Shown: piece by piece, positions 22,141 through 32,175 of the stretch
How the letters are laid out: each line of letters opens with the position of its first letter
Numbering within the stretch: the stretch's first letter is position 1
Assembly: GCA_965215885.1 (NCBI GenBank)
Contig: CBDCEW010000100.1
Coordinates: forward strand, 128,001-192,000
Origin: Candidatus Moanibacter sp.
GTDB lineage: Bacteria > Verrucomicrobiota > Verrucomicrobiia > Opitutales > UBA2987
Direction: 5' to 3'
Length of the DNA stretch: 64,000 nucleotides
The notes under the pieces: generated by a model
Seen by the model: only the letters and a program-made list of their open reading frames with translations
The model's database searches: none
What the model was told of the DNA's origin: nothing
Position numbers and translations under genes: made by a program

Positions 22141-22251
22141 GGCACTGGTATTGTATCCGGAGCCGGCCCACCCGCGAGATTTACTCCTGATGGCCGGCAG
22201 AGCATTCCGTACCGGGTACGCGTTTAGCGTGATGGCAAATGCCTTAGTTCG

Positions 22252-23322
22252 ATGTTGGTCAGAAATCGGCACAAGCGACTCTATTTGGGCGGACTGGTGC
22301 TATTATTGCTTATCCTTGCGATTTGCTCTTTTGCAGTCGGCCCGGTTCGGATAAGTTTCCTTCAGATAACGGCGCTTGTGGGATCGCGATTGGGTTTGCT
22401 AACGGGAGGGGTCGATTTCTCCCCCTATAACGAAGAGACGCTCTGGTCCATTTTGTGGTCAATCCGGTTGCCTCGAGTTTTGCTCAGCCTGTTTGTAGGT
22501 GCGGCTCTCGCGGTAGCCGGTGCCGGCATGCAGGGGCTCTTCCGAAATCCTTTGGCCGATCCCTCCTTGATCGGCGTATCCGCGGGGGCGGCTGTGGGCG
22601 CAGTCTTTATTATTGTTTTTCGTGACAGCATTGCGGGATGGTCGCTACGATGGTTAGGGGCATTCGCGGTACCAGTCTTTGCCTTTATTGGAGGTGTCGC
22701 TACCACCTATCTGGTGTATCAAATTTCTAAGGTAGAGGGGAGGACGGTTGTGGCAACGATGCTGCTCACCGGTATCGCTATCAACGCCCTGGCAGCGGCA
22801 ATAATCGGATTTATCCTTATCACTTCGAATAATGACGAACTGCGAGAATTCACTTTCTGGTCACTGGGGAGTTTAGGTGGCGCCACTTGGAAGAGTCTAG
22901 CCGCGGTTGCTCCCTTCCTCCTCATCCCGCTGAGTGTCTACCCCTTTTTCTGGCGGGCGCTGAACGCCTTTCTCCTCGGCGAAGCGGAAGCCTTTCATTT
23001 GGGAGTCGATACGCAGCGGACGAAAGGCGCGCTCGTCTTTCTCAGCGCGGCGATGGTGGGCGCGACCGTTGCGATTTGCGGGATCATCGGTTTCGTCGGA
23101 TTGGTTATTCCCCATATCGTGAGGATATGTATCGGCCCCGACCATCGTTTCCTTATTCCGGGGAGTGCGCTTCTCGGTGCGGTCCTCCTTCTGGGGACGG
23201 ATCTAATCTCGCGTCTGGCGATGGCACCGGGTGAACTGCCGATTGGGATTGTGACGGCGCTGTTAGGGGCTCCCTTTTTTCTTGGATTAGTATACTACTC
23301 CCGGGCGCGAATCTGGAGTTGA
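22252..23322 (+). CDS. hmuU: FecCD-family (hemin-type) ABC transporter permease
   Basis: IRLPRV, QGLFRNPLADP, GEAEAFHLG and GFVGLVIPH motifs. Confidence 0.8.
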   Translation: MLVRNRHKRLYLGGLVLLLLILAICSFAVGPVRISFLQITALVGSRLGLLTGGVDFSPYNEETLWSILWSIRLPRVLLSLFVGAALAVAGAGMQGLFRNPLADPSLIGVSAGAAVGAVFIIVFRDSIAGWSLRWLGAFAVPVFAFIGGVATTYLVYQISKVEGRTVVATMLLTGIAINALAAAIIGFILITSNNDELREFTFWSLGSLGGATWKSLAAVAPFLLIPLSVYPFFWRALNAFLLGEAEAFHLGVDTQRTKGALVFLSAAMVGATVAICGIIGFVGLVIPHIVRICIGPDHRFLIPGSALLGAVLLLGTDLISRLAMAPGELPIGIVTALLGAPFFLGLVYYSRARIWS

Positions 23323-23342
23323 GTACAGAATTGAGCGGGTAA

Positions 23343-24128
23343 ATGCTGGAAGCCGAAGAGATTGTATTCCGCAGAGGCAGACGGACGATTCTGGACAGGG
23401 TTTCGGTTCGGATCGAAACCGGAAAAGTGACGGCGTTGGTGGGGCCGAATGCGGCCGGAAAATCGACATTGCTCAAAATGCTCACGGGAGAGTGGAGACC
23501 TTTGGAGGGTTCTATAACCCTGGAGGGACGCGCACTCAACGAGTGGACGGCGAGGGAGCTTTCGCGGATCCGGGCGGTGCTTCCGCAAGAATCGGAGCTT
23601 AATTTTCCATTCCGCGCCATTGATGTGGTATTACTCGGCCGATTGCCCTACTCGCATCGCACTGAAACGGGGCGGAATTATCAGATCGCGAATGCCGCTC
23701 TCGAGAGTGTGAATATGTTGGATCAGCGGGATTCTCTCTACACTACGTTGTCGGGCGGGGAAAAACAGCGTGTCCAGACTGCCCGTGTTCTTGCCCAGAT
23801 TTCGGGAGACGAGAATGGTCCCTCCAGCTATCTGATGCTTGACGAACCGACCAGCAGCCTCGATCTCTCCCACCAGTTCAAGATACTTCGCTCCGCTGTT
23901 GAGTTTGCCAGCAATGGCTCGGCTGTTTTCGTCATCCTTCATGATTTAAATCACGCTTTGCGCTACTCGGATTCGGTTCTCGTTATGGATGGCGGCAGGA
24001 TCGTTGTGGAAGGGCCTCCCCCGGAAGTTCTGAAACCGCAACTCGTCGAGAGGGTATTCAATGTGAAGGCGCGAATCATTGAGGATCCTTTGTCCGGCCG
24101 CCCCTCGATCGTGACCGATCCTGTCTGA
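23343..24128 (+). CDS. hmuV: Hemin-type ABC transporter ATP-binding protein
   Basis: GPNAAGKST, LSGGEKQRVQTARVLAQ and LDEPTSSLD motifs. Confidence 0.8.
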   Translation: MLEAEEIVFRRGRRTILDRVSVRIETGKVTALVGPNAAGKSTLLKMLTGEWRPLEGSITLEGRALNEWTARELSRIRAVLPQESELNFPFRAIDVVLLGRLPYSHRTETGRNYQIANAALESVNMLDQRDSLYTTLSGGEKQRVQTARVLAQISGDENGPSSYLMLDEPTSSLDLSHQFKILRSAVEFASNGSAVFVILHDLNHALRYSDSVLVMDGGRIVVEGPPPEVLKPQLVERVFNVKARIIEDPLSGRPSIVTDPV

Positions 24129-24303
24129 AAGATAGCCGTTCGAAAGTTTCTCGCGGATTCTTGAACTCGAATATTGACATGAGGCGGTTTTCCAGTAATA
24201 TGCGATAGTAGTTCTCAAAGAAGCTTTACACACTATAGAATTTGTTCATAACAATTTGTTAACTTTCTGTCCCCCGACAGAATCAGGTAGTAGTAGTAGT
24301 AAT

Positions 24304-24333
24304 AAAAGCCGCCAACTTCGGTTGGCGGTTTTT
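24304..24333. terminator. Rho-independent terminator (bidirectional-type)
   Basis: AAAAGCCGCCAAC-TTCG-GTTGGCGGTTTTT. Confidence 0.85.
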
Positions 24334-24343
24334 GTTTGCAACG

Positions 24344-24799
24344 GTGAGAGCGGTCATACAGCGAGTCAGTAAGGCATCGGTAGCAATCGACGGCGAAGTT
24401 ACAGAGTCAATTGGTAAGGGGTTCCTAGTCTATCTCGGTATCGATTCAGAAGATACGCGGGAGGATGTGAAGTGGCTGAGCGGGAAAATTCCTCAAATTC
24501 GTGTTTTTCCCGACAGTGCCGGATTAATGAACCGCTCTCTACTCGACTGCGGCGGTGAAGTCCTGGTAATTAGTCAATTCACTCTATTTGGAAGTCTGAG
24601 AAAGGGAACTCGCCCTTCCTTCAACCGCGCTGCATCACCGGAAGTAGCTGTTCCAATTTACGAAGCCTTCCTACTATCGCTTGAGGAGCAACTTGGAAAA
24701 TCCGTTGCAAAGGGCGAATTCGGCGCTCTCATGAGAATTGAATCGATAAATGAAGGACCGGTTACGTTGTTCATTGATTCCAAGAACAGGAAACTGTAG
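24344..24799 (+). CDS. dtd: D-aminoacyl-tRNA deacylase
   Basis: (M)RAVIQRV, SQFTL, G.RPSF and N.GPVT motifs. Confidence 0.95.
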   Translation: MRAVIQRVSKASVAIDGEVTESIGKGFLVYLGIDSEDTREDVKWLSGKIPQIRVFPDSAGLMNRSLLDCGGEVLVISQFTLFGSLRKGTRPSFNRAASPEVAVPIYEAFLLSLEEQLGKSVAKGEFGALMRIESINEGPVTLFIDSKNRKL

Positions 24800-24825
24800 C
24801 CCACTTTTCTCACCAGACATAGAGA

Positions 24826-25362
24826 ATGAAAGGTAAAGTCTTGGGCGAAGGCTTTTTTGATCGGCCTACATTGACGGTGGCGCGCGAGTTGATTGGAAAG
24901 AGACTCTGTCGTAGAATTGACGGGCGCTGTGTGAAAATTCCCATTATGGAGGTTGAGGCCTATGATGGAGTTAAGGATAAGGCATCGCACGCCCACCGCG
25001 GTATTACGAAACGGAACGCAGTGATGTTCGGTCCGGCCGGCTACTGGTATGTCTACCTTTGCTATGGCATTCACTGGCTTCTCAATATCGTGACCGGCCC
25101 TCGAGAATATCCGGCGGCAATACTCATAAGAGGCGCGGGGGAGTATAGAGGTCCCGGACGATTAACTAAGGCATTGGAGATCGATAAGAGTCATGACCGT
25201 TTGTGCGCCAAACCGCATAGCGGTCTATGGGTGGAAGAGGGTGGCCTAAGGTTACTTTCGTCAGCAATTGTGCGGAAGCCACGGATTGGGGTGGACTATG
25301 CTGGACTCCAATGGAGCCGTAAGCCATACCGGTTTTCGATTACTCGCGGACATATTTGTTGA
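24826..25362 (+). CDS. mpg: DNA-3-methyladenine glycosylase (MPG/AAG family)
   Basis: EVEAY, YVYLCYG.H, ILIRG, GPGRL and PRIG motifs. Confidence 0.92.
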   Translation: MKGKVLGEGFFDRPTLTVARELIGKRLCRRIDGRCVKIPIMEVEAYDGVKDKASHAHRGITKRNAVMFGPAGYWYVYLCYGIHWLLNIVTGPREYPAAILIRGAGEYRGPGRLTKALEIDKSHDRLCAKPHSGLWVEEGGLRLLSSAIVRKPRIGVDYAGLQWSRKPYRFSITRGHIC

Positions 25363-25690
25363 AGAGCGCGGCATAGTCTTCCCGCACCGGGCTGAAGACA
25401 TCAAGGACCGTCGCCGGACCATCCACGGGTTTGGCGGAGTGGGGAGTGAGGGACGGAATTATGAACATCTCCCCCGGTTCGCATATACGCGTGTCTTCAC
25501 CGATGGTCAGCTCCATCTTCCCTTTCAGAAGCATTCCGGCCTGCTCATGCGGATGCTTGTGGAGAGGAATGACGGAACCCTCGTCCAATTCGAGGTAGGA
25601 CAGCATGACATGTTTGCCATACGGTGTGCGCGCCCTTGCCCCCGGCGCCAGTTCTATCGGTTCGTAGTCGTCAATATTGATGAATGGCAT
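25340..25690 (-). CDS. Cupin domain protein
   Basis: PLHKHPHEQ...PHSA...LDVFSPVREDY. Confidence 0.85.
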   Translation of the reverse strand: MPFINIDDYEPIELAPGARARTPYGKHVMLSYLELDEGSVIPLHKHPHEQAGMLLKGKMELTIGEDTRICEPGEMFIIPSLTPHSAKPVDGPATVLDVFSPVREDYAALFNKYVRE

Positions 25691-25749
25691 AGCATTCTCT
25701 TTCAAATTAGTGATAATCTCAAATTAGGAATCTGTCGGACTTTTGGCAC

Positions 25750-26577
25750 ATGATGAATGACAAGAACGCAAATCTCGAAGACGCTTCAATCCCGATACCT
25801 CTACAGGAATATCTGTTCGATCTTCAAGGTTATCTGAATCTTCACAAGGCCTTGACGGTTGAAGAGGTTGGGAGAATCAATCTCGAAATCGATACCGTGC
25901 CTCGTTTGCAGCGAGGAGAATGGCACCGCAATGTTCGCCGCCGCGACCAGCGCGAAGATCTAGGCGTCAATCTCCAGCAGGTGCTCGAACTAGGCGGTCC
26001 GTTCGAAGAGCTGATTGACCATCAGTCTTGGATCGATCTCGTTTTGCGCTTCGTGGGCGGAGACGACGGACTCCAACTCGCTGAGAATTTTGTAAATTTG
26101 AGGGGGCCGGGTGAGGCCATAGGATTACATTCCGGGGCCCACAAGAGGCGCATTCGTACGTGCTATCGCTATCACAACAGCCAGTTTCGTTGTGGCCAGA
26201 TCAATATCCTGGTCGCGCTCACCGACATCGGTCCCGGTGACGGCGCAACCATGGTAATCCCGGGAAGCCACAAATCAAATATCATACACCCCCGGTTGGA
26301 GGAACCCCAGCAACTTTCAGGTTCCGTCGATGAAGTGGAGGGTGCGATTGAAGTTTACCTCGAAGCTGGAGACGCCCTCTTATTCGTTGATTGTCTCGCC
26401 CACGGTTCCGCCAGGCGCGTGAATGAAGGGGAGAGGCGCATCTTAATCTATCGTTACGGTCCACAATGGGGTAATTACTTCTCAGGCTATCAACCATCGG
26501 AGGAATTGTTAAACCGATTGAACGTGCGACGGAGAACGATCGTTCAGCCAGTACCCCCGATCCGACCTCCGAATTGA
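25750..26577 (+). CDS. Phytanoyl-CoA dioxygenase (PhyH) family Fe(II)/2OG oxygenase
   Basis: YLFDLQGY, LHSG, VIPGSHK, AGDALLF and HGS motifs. Confidence 0.8.
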   Translation: MMNDKNANLEDASIPIPLQEYLFDLQGYLNLHKALTVEEVGRINLEIDTVPRLQRGEWHRNVRRRDQREDLGVNLQQVLELGGPFEELIDHQSWIDLVLRFVGGDDGLQLAENFVNLRGPGEAIGLHSGAHKRRIRTCYRYHNSQFRCGQINILVALTDIGPGDGATMVIPGSHKSNIIHPRLEEPQQLSGSVDEVEGAIEVYLEAGDALLFVDCLAHGSARRVNEGERRILIYRYGPQWGNYFSGYQPSEELLNRLNVRRRTIVQPVPPIRPPN

Positions 26578-26581
26578 CGGA

Positions 26582-27610
26582 TCAAAAGTTCCCATCTCGT
26601 TGTTCGAACTTGGTCGGCTTGTTCCAGATCTTCCCCTTCTCAAGCAGCCAATGGGCGGTCCAGGAGGCCATATCATCGATACTTACTCGAGGCCGGCCGA
26701 ACAGTCTATGCGCTTTTTCAGCGTTATTGAGCCATGCTGTATCCGCTTCCTGACCGGTGTAGACAGGTGCCTTTTCGAATATCTTCCCGAATTTCGAAGC
26801 GAGTTTGCGCACGGAGAGAGTATCCGGACCCGTCACATTAATAATAGACGGCGGAGATCCGGCATTATCCAGAGATTGGATGGAGTGCGCGATCGCGTCG
26901 CTCTGCCAGATGAGATTCACATATCCCATCGTCACGTCGACGGGTTCACCGGCCAGAACCTTTGTCGCGATATCGACTAATACACCATAATGAAATTCAA
27001 CGGAGTAATTCAGCCGAATAATTGAACAATCAGTGCCGAATCTTCTCGAGGCGTGGACAAACTGTTCCTCACGATGAAGACACGAGCGCGCATAAGCTCC
27101 AACAGGCTCAGGAGGATCCGTTTCCTTTGACCCTCCCGATTCGATCGGCACGAAGGGATACACGCAGCCGGTGGAAAACGCCACAATACGGGCATCCTTG
27201 AATTTTTCCGCCACCAGCTTCGGCGCCTGAACGTTCATCCGGTCAAGTGATTCGGGCGAAGACGAGGAGCCGAACTTTTTCCCAGCCAGAAAGAAAAGGA
27301 CGGCACAATCGGGTAGAGCCTCGACCTCTTCCGGGATGCTCAAATCACACTTCACAGTCGCAATGTCGCAGTCCTCGAAATCCTCGCGAGAGTGCAAACT
27401 CTGAAACCTCGATACCGCCACGACCGAATTCGATTTATTGAGTTGCCGCAGTGCATTGCTCACCGTCATCGCCAGGTGCTTCCCAATCTTACCGCCCGCG
27501 CCCAGAATGCAAATTTCTCCTTTCACGTCTCTGAGTGCGTTCAAAACTCCCGCACCCGGTTGACTCAAGAAAGCGTCAACCTCCTTTTCCGTGTAAGGTA
27601 GTGTGATCAT
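26582..27610 (-). CDS. NAD-dependent epimerase/dehydratase
   Basis: ILGAGGKIG, FSTGCVY, YARSC and RLNY motifs. Confidence 0.8.
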   Translation of the reverse strand: MITLPYTEKEVDAFLSQPGAGVLNALRDVKGEICILGAGGKIGKHLAMTVSNALRQLNKSNSVVAVSRFQSLHSREDFEDCDIATVKCDLSIPEEVEALPDCAVLFFLAGKKFGSSSSPESLDRMNVQAPKLVAEKFKDARIVAFSTGCVYPFVPIESGGSKETDPPEPVGAYARSCLHREEQFVHASRRFGTDCSIIRLNYSVEFHYGVLVDIATKVLAGEPVDVTMGYVNLIWQSDAIAHSIQSLDNAGSPPSIINVTGPDTLSVRKLASKFGKIFEKAPVYTGQEADTAWLNNAEKAHRLFGRPRVSIDDMASWTAHWLLEKGKIWNKPTKFEQRDGNF

Positions 27611-28093
27611 ATTTGTGAGAATTTTCTTTCCGCTCCGCGCGGAGCAAGCGCACTGTATAGCTACCTGGGGTTGGAAATGGTTTCAAGCCTTAGAAGGTTC
27701 GTATTTGGCGCGATTGCTTATGTTCCTAAACATCTTGCACCTTTTCCAACTGCTCCTCCAGAGCCGGAATCAATTTCCGGGGTAGCGGCACCGTCCGGTC
27801 TTTGCGGCCCTTCCCGTTGTGGACGGTCGATATCGCCTCGTCGAGGTTCAGGTAATGGCACTCTCCGACTGCTGCACTGCCTTGGCCTGCATCAACTTCC
27901 GCGTCTTAGGTCTAAGGGAAAATCCAAGAAACTCTACTATCCTGATTTTAGGAGGGAACTCAAGTTAGTAAACCGGACCAGCACTTACCAATTTCATTGA
28001 CAGCATGTTCCGGCTCCGGGAATAGTGCAGAAACTGCTCAATCACTTGTTAGGCTGACATGGAAGATCTACTAAATGGGATGAGAGGAAGACT

Positions 28094-29161
28094 ATGAAAG
28101 GCGTTGTCTATCTGGGTGAGAGCGAAGTTGAGGTTCGGGATTTTCCTCAGCCAGAACCGGGTTCAGGGCAAGTAGTCGTTGAGATGAAGGTTGCCGGTCT
28201 TTGCGGCAGCGACTTGCACAAATATCACAGCAGCCGCATATGGGCTCAGGAACGAAAAGGGATGATCTCTGGACATGAGCCTACTGGTGTTGTTGCCGAA
28301 GTGGGGCCAGATATTGACTATCCTTCCGTCGGGGATCGGGTCTGCGTTTATCACCGGGTAGGATGTGGGCGTTGCATGGATTGTCGTTCGGGTAATGCCG
28401 CATTTTGTGATGATGTGAGAGGGGCTTTTGGCCGAACGCAGGATGGTTCTCATGCTGACTATATGCTCACGGATGCTCGTTATTGCCTTCCCTTACGCGA
28501 TGAACTTTCTTTTGCCGTGGCCACGCAGCTTTCGTGTACGGCCGGCACATCATTCTCTGCGTTGCGCAAAATCCCGGCGCACTCGGGAGATACGCTTGTG
28601 GTCTTTGGTCTGGGGCCAGTTGGTCTGTCTGGATTGTTGCTGGGGATGGGGATGGGGTATCGCGGGATTGGCGTAGATATTCACCCTTATCGGATTGAAC
28701 TTGCAAAGAAGGTGGGAAAGGGGGTGGTCATCAACGCCTTGGAAAATGACCCTGTTGAGGCGATTAGAGATTTAACCGGGGGCAAAGGTGTTGGGGGTGT
28801 CCTGGAGTGTTCGGGAAGCCCGGTTGCTCGAAGGCAGGCCGCATCCGTTGCCACTCGTGGCGCCACGGTTGTGTATGTCGGCGTTGGGGAATCAGATCTG
28901 GCAGTCGATTTTGGCGATGTTTTTGAGAAAGACCTCACAATTAGGAGTAATGCGGTTTTTTCCATTGCTTCCTATTACGATGCGGTCGAATTCTTGCTCA
29001 AACACCCTGTCCCTCTGGACGACATCGTTACCCAACGTTTCACTATTGACCAAGCAGTTGAAGCCTTCTCGCTCTTTGACACAGGGGAGACAGGTAAGGT
29101 GATTTTTGAGTGGGATGATGAGGGGAGGGCCGAGATGACACCCGATGGTATTATTAAATGA
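28094..29161 (+). CDS. Zn-binding dehydrogenase (MDR family)
   Basis: GLCGSD, GHE, CGRCMDC...C and GLGPVG motifs. Confidence 0.85.
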   Translation: MKGVVYLGESEVEVRDFPQPEPGSGQVVVEMKVAGLCGSDLHKYHSSRIWAQERKGMISGHEPTGVVAEVGPDIDYPSVGDRVCVYHRVGCGRCMDCRSGNAAFCDDVRGAFGRTQDGSHADYMLTDARYCLPLRDELSFAVATQLSCTAGTSFSALRKIPAHSGDTLVVFGLGPVGLSGLLLGMGMGYRGIGVDIHPYRIELAKKVGKGVVINALENDPVEAIRDLTGGKGVGGVLECSGSPVARRQAASVATRGATVVYVGVGESDLAVDFGDVFEKDLTIRSNAVFSIASYYDAVEFLLKHPVPLDDIVTQRFTIDQAVEAFSLFDTGETGKVIFEWDDEGRAEMTPDGIIK

Positions 29162-29481
29162 AAGGAAATTGCTTTTTTGCGACTAAGCCGCTGAGGTGGG
29201 GGGTTTAAAGCTCCATACCGACGGCAAAACCGTTCAGACGGAACGCAGCAGAACAAAGCTCTGCACCAGACCGCTGCACCAACATTCCTGATTCTCCTCC
29301 GCAAGCAACCTCCGCTTGCTATCGAGGTCAAGAGTTTGCCACGATCCAGCAGAAAGTTGGTGATCGCCAAATTAGCCAGAAACAAGGAAGCAAAGGTTGG
29401 GATCTAATGCCTGAGTTTCCCGTCGACGCTCCAAAGGCCTGCAAGTTCAGAACCCCCATGCTCTCGGGCCGAACGCTAGCG

Positions 29482-30516
29482 TTAGCCATCGGTTATTGTG
29501 CTATTATTATCGATCGCACGGCAGAATAGAGCCCAGTCGATATTTCCGCCCGATAGAATTAACCCCACTTTCCTTCCCTGCATCTTGTCTTTTTCTTTCA
29601 GGAGGGCAGCGAGGGGACATGAACCCGCACCTTCAGCTATGTTGTGAGTGTCGGTAAAATAGTATCCAATAGCGTCTAGAATTTCCTGCTCATTGAGCGT
29701 CACAATTCGCGAGACCCCTTTTAGAATACATTCGAATGCTTGTTGATTAGGAATACGTACCGCCACTCCATCCGCTAATGTATCAGCAGAGGTAGTTTCT
29801 CTGAGTTGAACATCCTCAAACGAAAGGGCGTAGGCTGGAGCATTTTCTGAAACAACGCCGACAACTTCAGTCTTAAGATTCAAGGCATTTCTGGCGGCGA
29901 TCATACCACATATCCCGGAACCCATACCGATCGGCACATAAACCGTATGCAGATCGGGAACGGTTTTGAGCAACTCAACGCTATAGGTACTAACTCCTTG
30001 AACCAACAGAGGATTAAACGATGGAAACAAATGGTGTCCACGTTCTTCAGCGAGCCTTTGAGCATAGATAAGAGCTTCATTAAAGTCCCGTCCGTGTTCA
30101 ATGAGTTTAGCACCGTAGGCCTGCATGGCTCGGTTTTTCTCGTGACTATTTCCGTGCGGAACCACGACAGTTGCTCGTAGCTTATGCCTGCGTGCGGCAA
30201 GAGCGACGCTTTGGCCATGATTCCCTCGGGTTGCGGCGATGACTCCATGTATATTTTTATTATTCTTAATTAGATTTTCGGTATACCAGACCCCACCTCT
30301 GACCTTAAATGCTCCCGTAGGTAAATGATTCTCATGTTTAACCCACACTTCACATCCGCATCTTTTGTTCAGAAGCGGCCACGAAATCTGAGGAGTTGCA
30401 CTCAGATATTTGTAGATAACCGATGCCGCTGACTCAATGTCAGCTATTGAGAAATCTAGTCCCGGCAAGCCGGGATCGGACTTTATGCCTCTTTCGAGAG
30501 AGTTATCCAGTTTCAT
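29482..30516 (-). CDS. PLP-dependent threonine/serine dehydratase family protein
   Basis: KHENHLPTGAFKVRG, ATRGNHGQS, PIGMGSG and SGGN motifs; the N-terminal ~20 aa come from a repeat. Confidence 0.88.
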   Translation of the reverse strand: MKLDNSLERGIKSDPGLPGLDFSIADIESAASVIYKYLSATPQISWPLLNKRCGCEVWVKHENHLPTGAFKVRGGVWYTENLIKNNKNIHGVIAATRGNHGQSVALAARRHKLRATVVVPHGNSHEKNRAMQAYGAKLIEHGRDFNEALIYAQRLAEERGHHLFPSFNPLLVQGVSTYSVELLKTVPDLHTVYVPIGMGSGICGMIAARNALNLKTEVVGVVSENAPAYALSFEDVQLRETTSADTLADGVAVRIPNQQAFECILKGVSRIVTLNEQEILDAIGYYFTDTHNIAEGAGSCPLAALLKEKDKMQGRKVGLILSGGNIDWALFCRAIDNNSTITDG

Positions 30517-30801
30517 TCCGACAGGCTGCTAGAGACAAGAAAATGAACCTGAGATTTGCGGGAAAGTGAACGAATTGTTGCAGAGCAGGTTCGCTATGGG
30601 CCATTTTGACACGATCAACCCGCGAGCCACAATCTTTCATCATCAGATTCGTATTCGAGGACGGAATAGATATGTCAATATCTCTCAAATCTCAGTTTCA
30701 TTTTCTTCCAAGGAATCTGTCGGTCTCATCTGAGTCGGAGTGTCGATCTGTCACCGTGAAATCTACACCACGGAGAAGCTAGGAATGCTAAGTCCGACAG
30801 A
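30456..30801. repeat. Composite MITE, copy 2; its terminal repeat is interrupted by IS110 (remainder at 32502-32510)
   Basis: Colinear with 10821-11227; AAGTCCGACAGA...GATTCCTAG is split by the IS. Confidence 0.9.
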
Positions 30802-30852
30802 AAACTGAGGTAGTCCGTCAAGGGATTTTTTGAGTTTTTTCTCATGTTGTGT

Positions 30853-32163
30853 TTACAAGGCGTTGGCATTTGCTTGCTGAAGTCTTTTCCACACCGGTGA
30901 ACCGGTGCGTTGGAGCGATTGGAGATACTTTTGCTCATCGTAGCGTTCGCTATTTTGCCAACAGCGAAACAGAATGCGGGTCCACTTGAGAGCGAGGGCA
31001 CGAAGAATGGTTTGGCGGGGTTTGCCCTGTTCTTTTTTGATCTGGTAAAAGGCCTTTGCCCAGGCACAGTTTCGGATCGAATGTTCGGCAAATTCAACGA
31101 AACTTTGCCGCACGAAGGTAGGAGCCGCCCACCGCCAGTTGACCATTCGTTTCGGTTGTCCGGTTCTTTTGTCCTGCCCGCTGTTGATCGTGACCGGAGC
31201 GGATCCATTCCACTGGGTCATGTTCTGGGCCGTTTCGAAGTGCGAACGATCGGTCCCGAACGCGCACAGCAACCGGGGACTCATGACCTCGCCGGCTCCG
31301 GGAATGCCACTGAACACGGCTGCATCGGGATGGCTTCTGAATAGCTCCCTGATACGCTTCTCATACGCTTTGATCTGCGGGCACAGGGTCAAAAGCTGTC
31401 CGGCCAACGTCTGTGCTTTTCTGCTGGATGCTTCAATGATGGCTGCATCTTCGGTCAAGGCTCGTGCGTTACCGATCAATTCGAGACGCTCCTGGATTTT
31501 GGCGTCACTGCGACAGTTGTGCTTATAGAAGAACTTTCGCAAGACACCCTCCGATGCTCTGTGCAGCTTCTTGAGGGTCGGCCAACGCAATATAAAGTGC
31601 AGGCACAGGCCACTGCCTAGATCATCGAACAATTTCAAGACCAAAGGGTTATATTGCTTCAGACAACTGCCCAACTGCTGTTCGAGGCTGGTAGCCTGAT
31701 CGACGAATCCACGGCGGTCCTCGCACAACAGGTTCAGCTCCCGTGTTTGGGCCGTGTCAGGTATGAAACATTTGGTAAAAAGCTCGGGATGTTTGAGGAA
31801 AAACTCCGCGTGTATTTGCGCATCGACCGGGTCGCTCTTGGCCCCTGATGGATACAGCGCCCGGCGATAATCCTTCGCCCTGGCCGCATGCACTGGATAG
31901 ATATCGACAAACTCCAAGCCCATCAGAAAGTTGATCAACCCTCCTCGCTTCTGGTCCACCACCATGGCCATGCGCTTGCCCACGCTGGCATACTTTTCTC
32001 TCATCTCTACGGCAAATTCGTGCAAGCTGACCGCATCCTGCGCCACCTGTCGATGGGTCCCTTTTCCCGTTTCGCTCTCTATGATCCACAGATCGTTTTT
32101 CTGATCCGCCCAATCAATTCCTATCACCACACTATATCGATTTGTTTTTTCCCTTTTCTGCAT
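30853..32163 (-). CDS. IS110 family recombinase/transposase
   Basis: RuvC-like IGIDWA...VDQ...KSDPVDA and Tnp20 domain GIPGAG...APVTINSG...RALALKW. Confidence 0.93.
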   Translation of the reverse strand: MQKREKTNRYSVVIGIDWADQKNDLWIIESETGKGTHRQVAQDAVSLHEFAVEMREKYASVGKRMAMVVDQKRGGLINFLMGLEFVDIYPVHAARAKDYRRALYPSGAKSDPVDAQIHAEFFLKHPELFTKCFIPDTAQTRELNLLCEDRRGFVDQATSLEQQLGSCLKQYNPLVLKLFDDLGSGLCLHFILRWPTLKKLHRASEGVLRKFFYKHNCRSDAKIQERLELIGNARALTEDAAIIEASSRKAQTLAGQLLTLCPQIKAYEKRIRELFRSHPDAAVFSGIPGAGEVMSPRLLCAFGTDRSHFETAQNMTQWNGSAPVTINSGQDKRTGQPKRMVNWRWAAPTFVRQSFVEFAEHSIRNCAWAKAFYQIKKEQGKPRQTILRALALKWTRILFRCWQNSERYDEQKYLQSLQRTGSPVWKRLQQANANAL

Positions 32164-32175
32164 CCCTTTGTTCCT

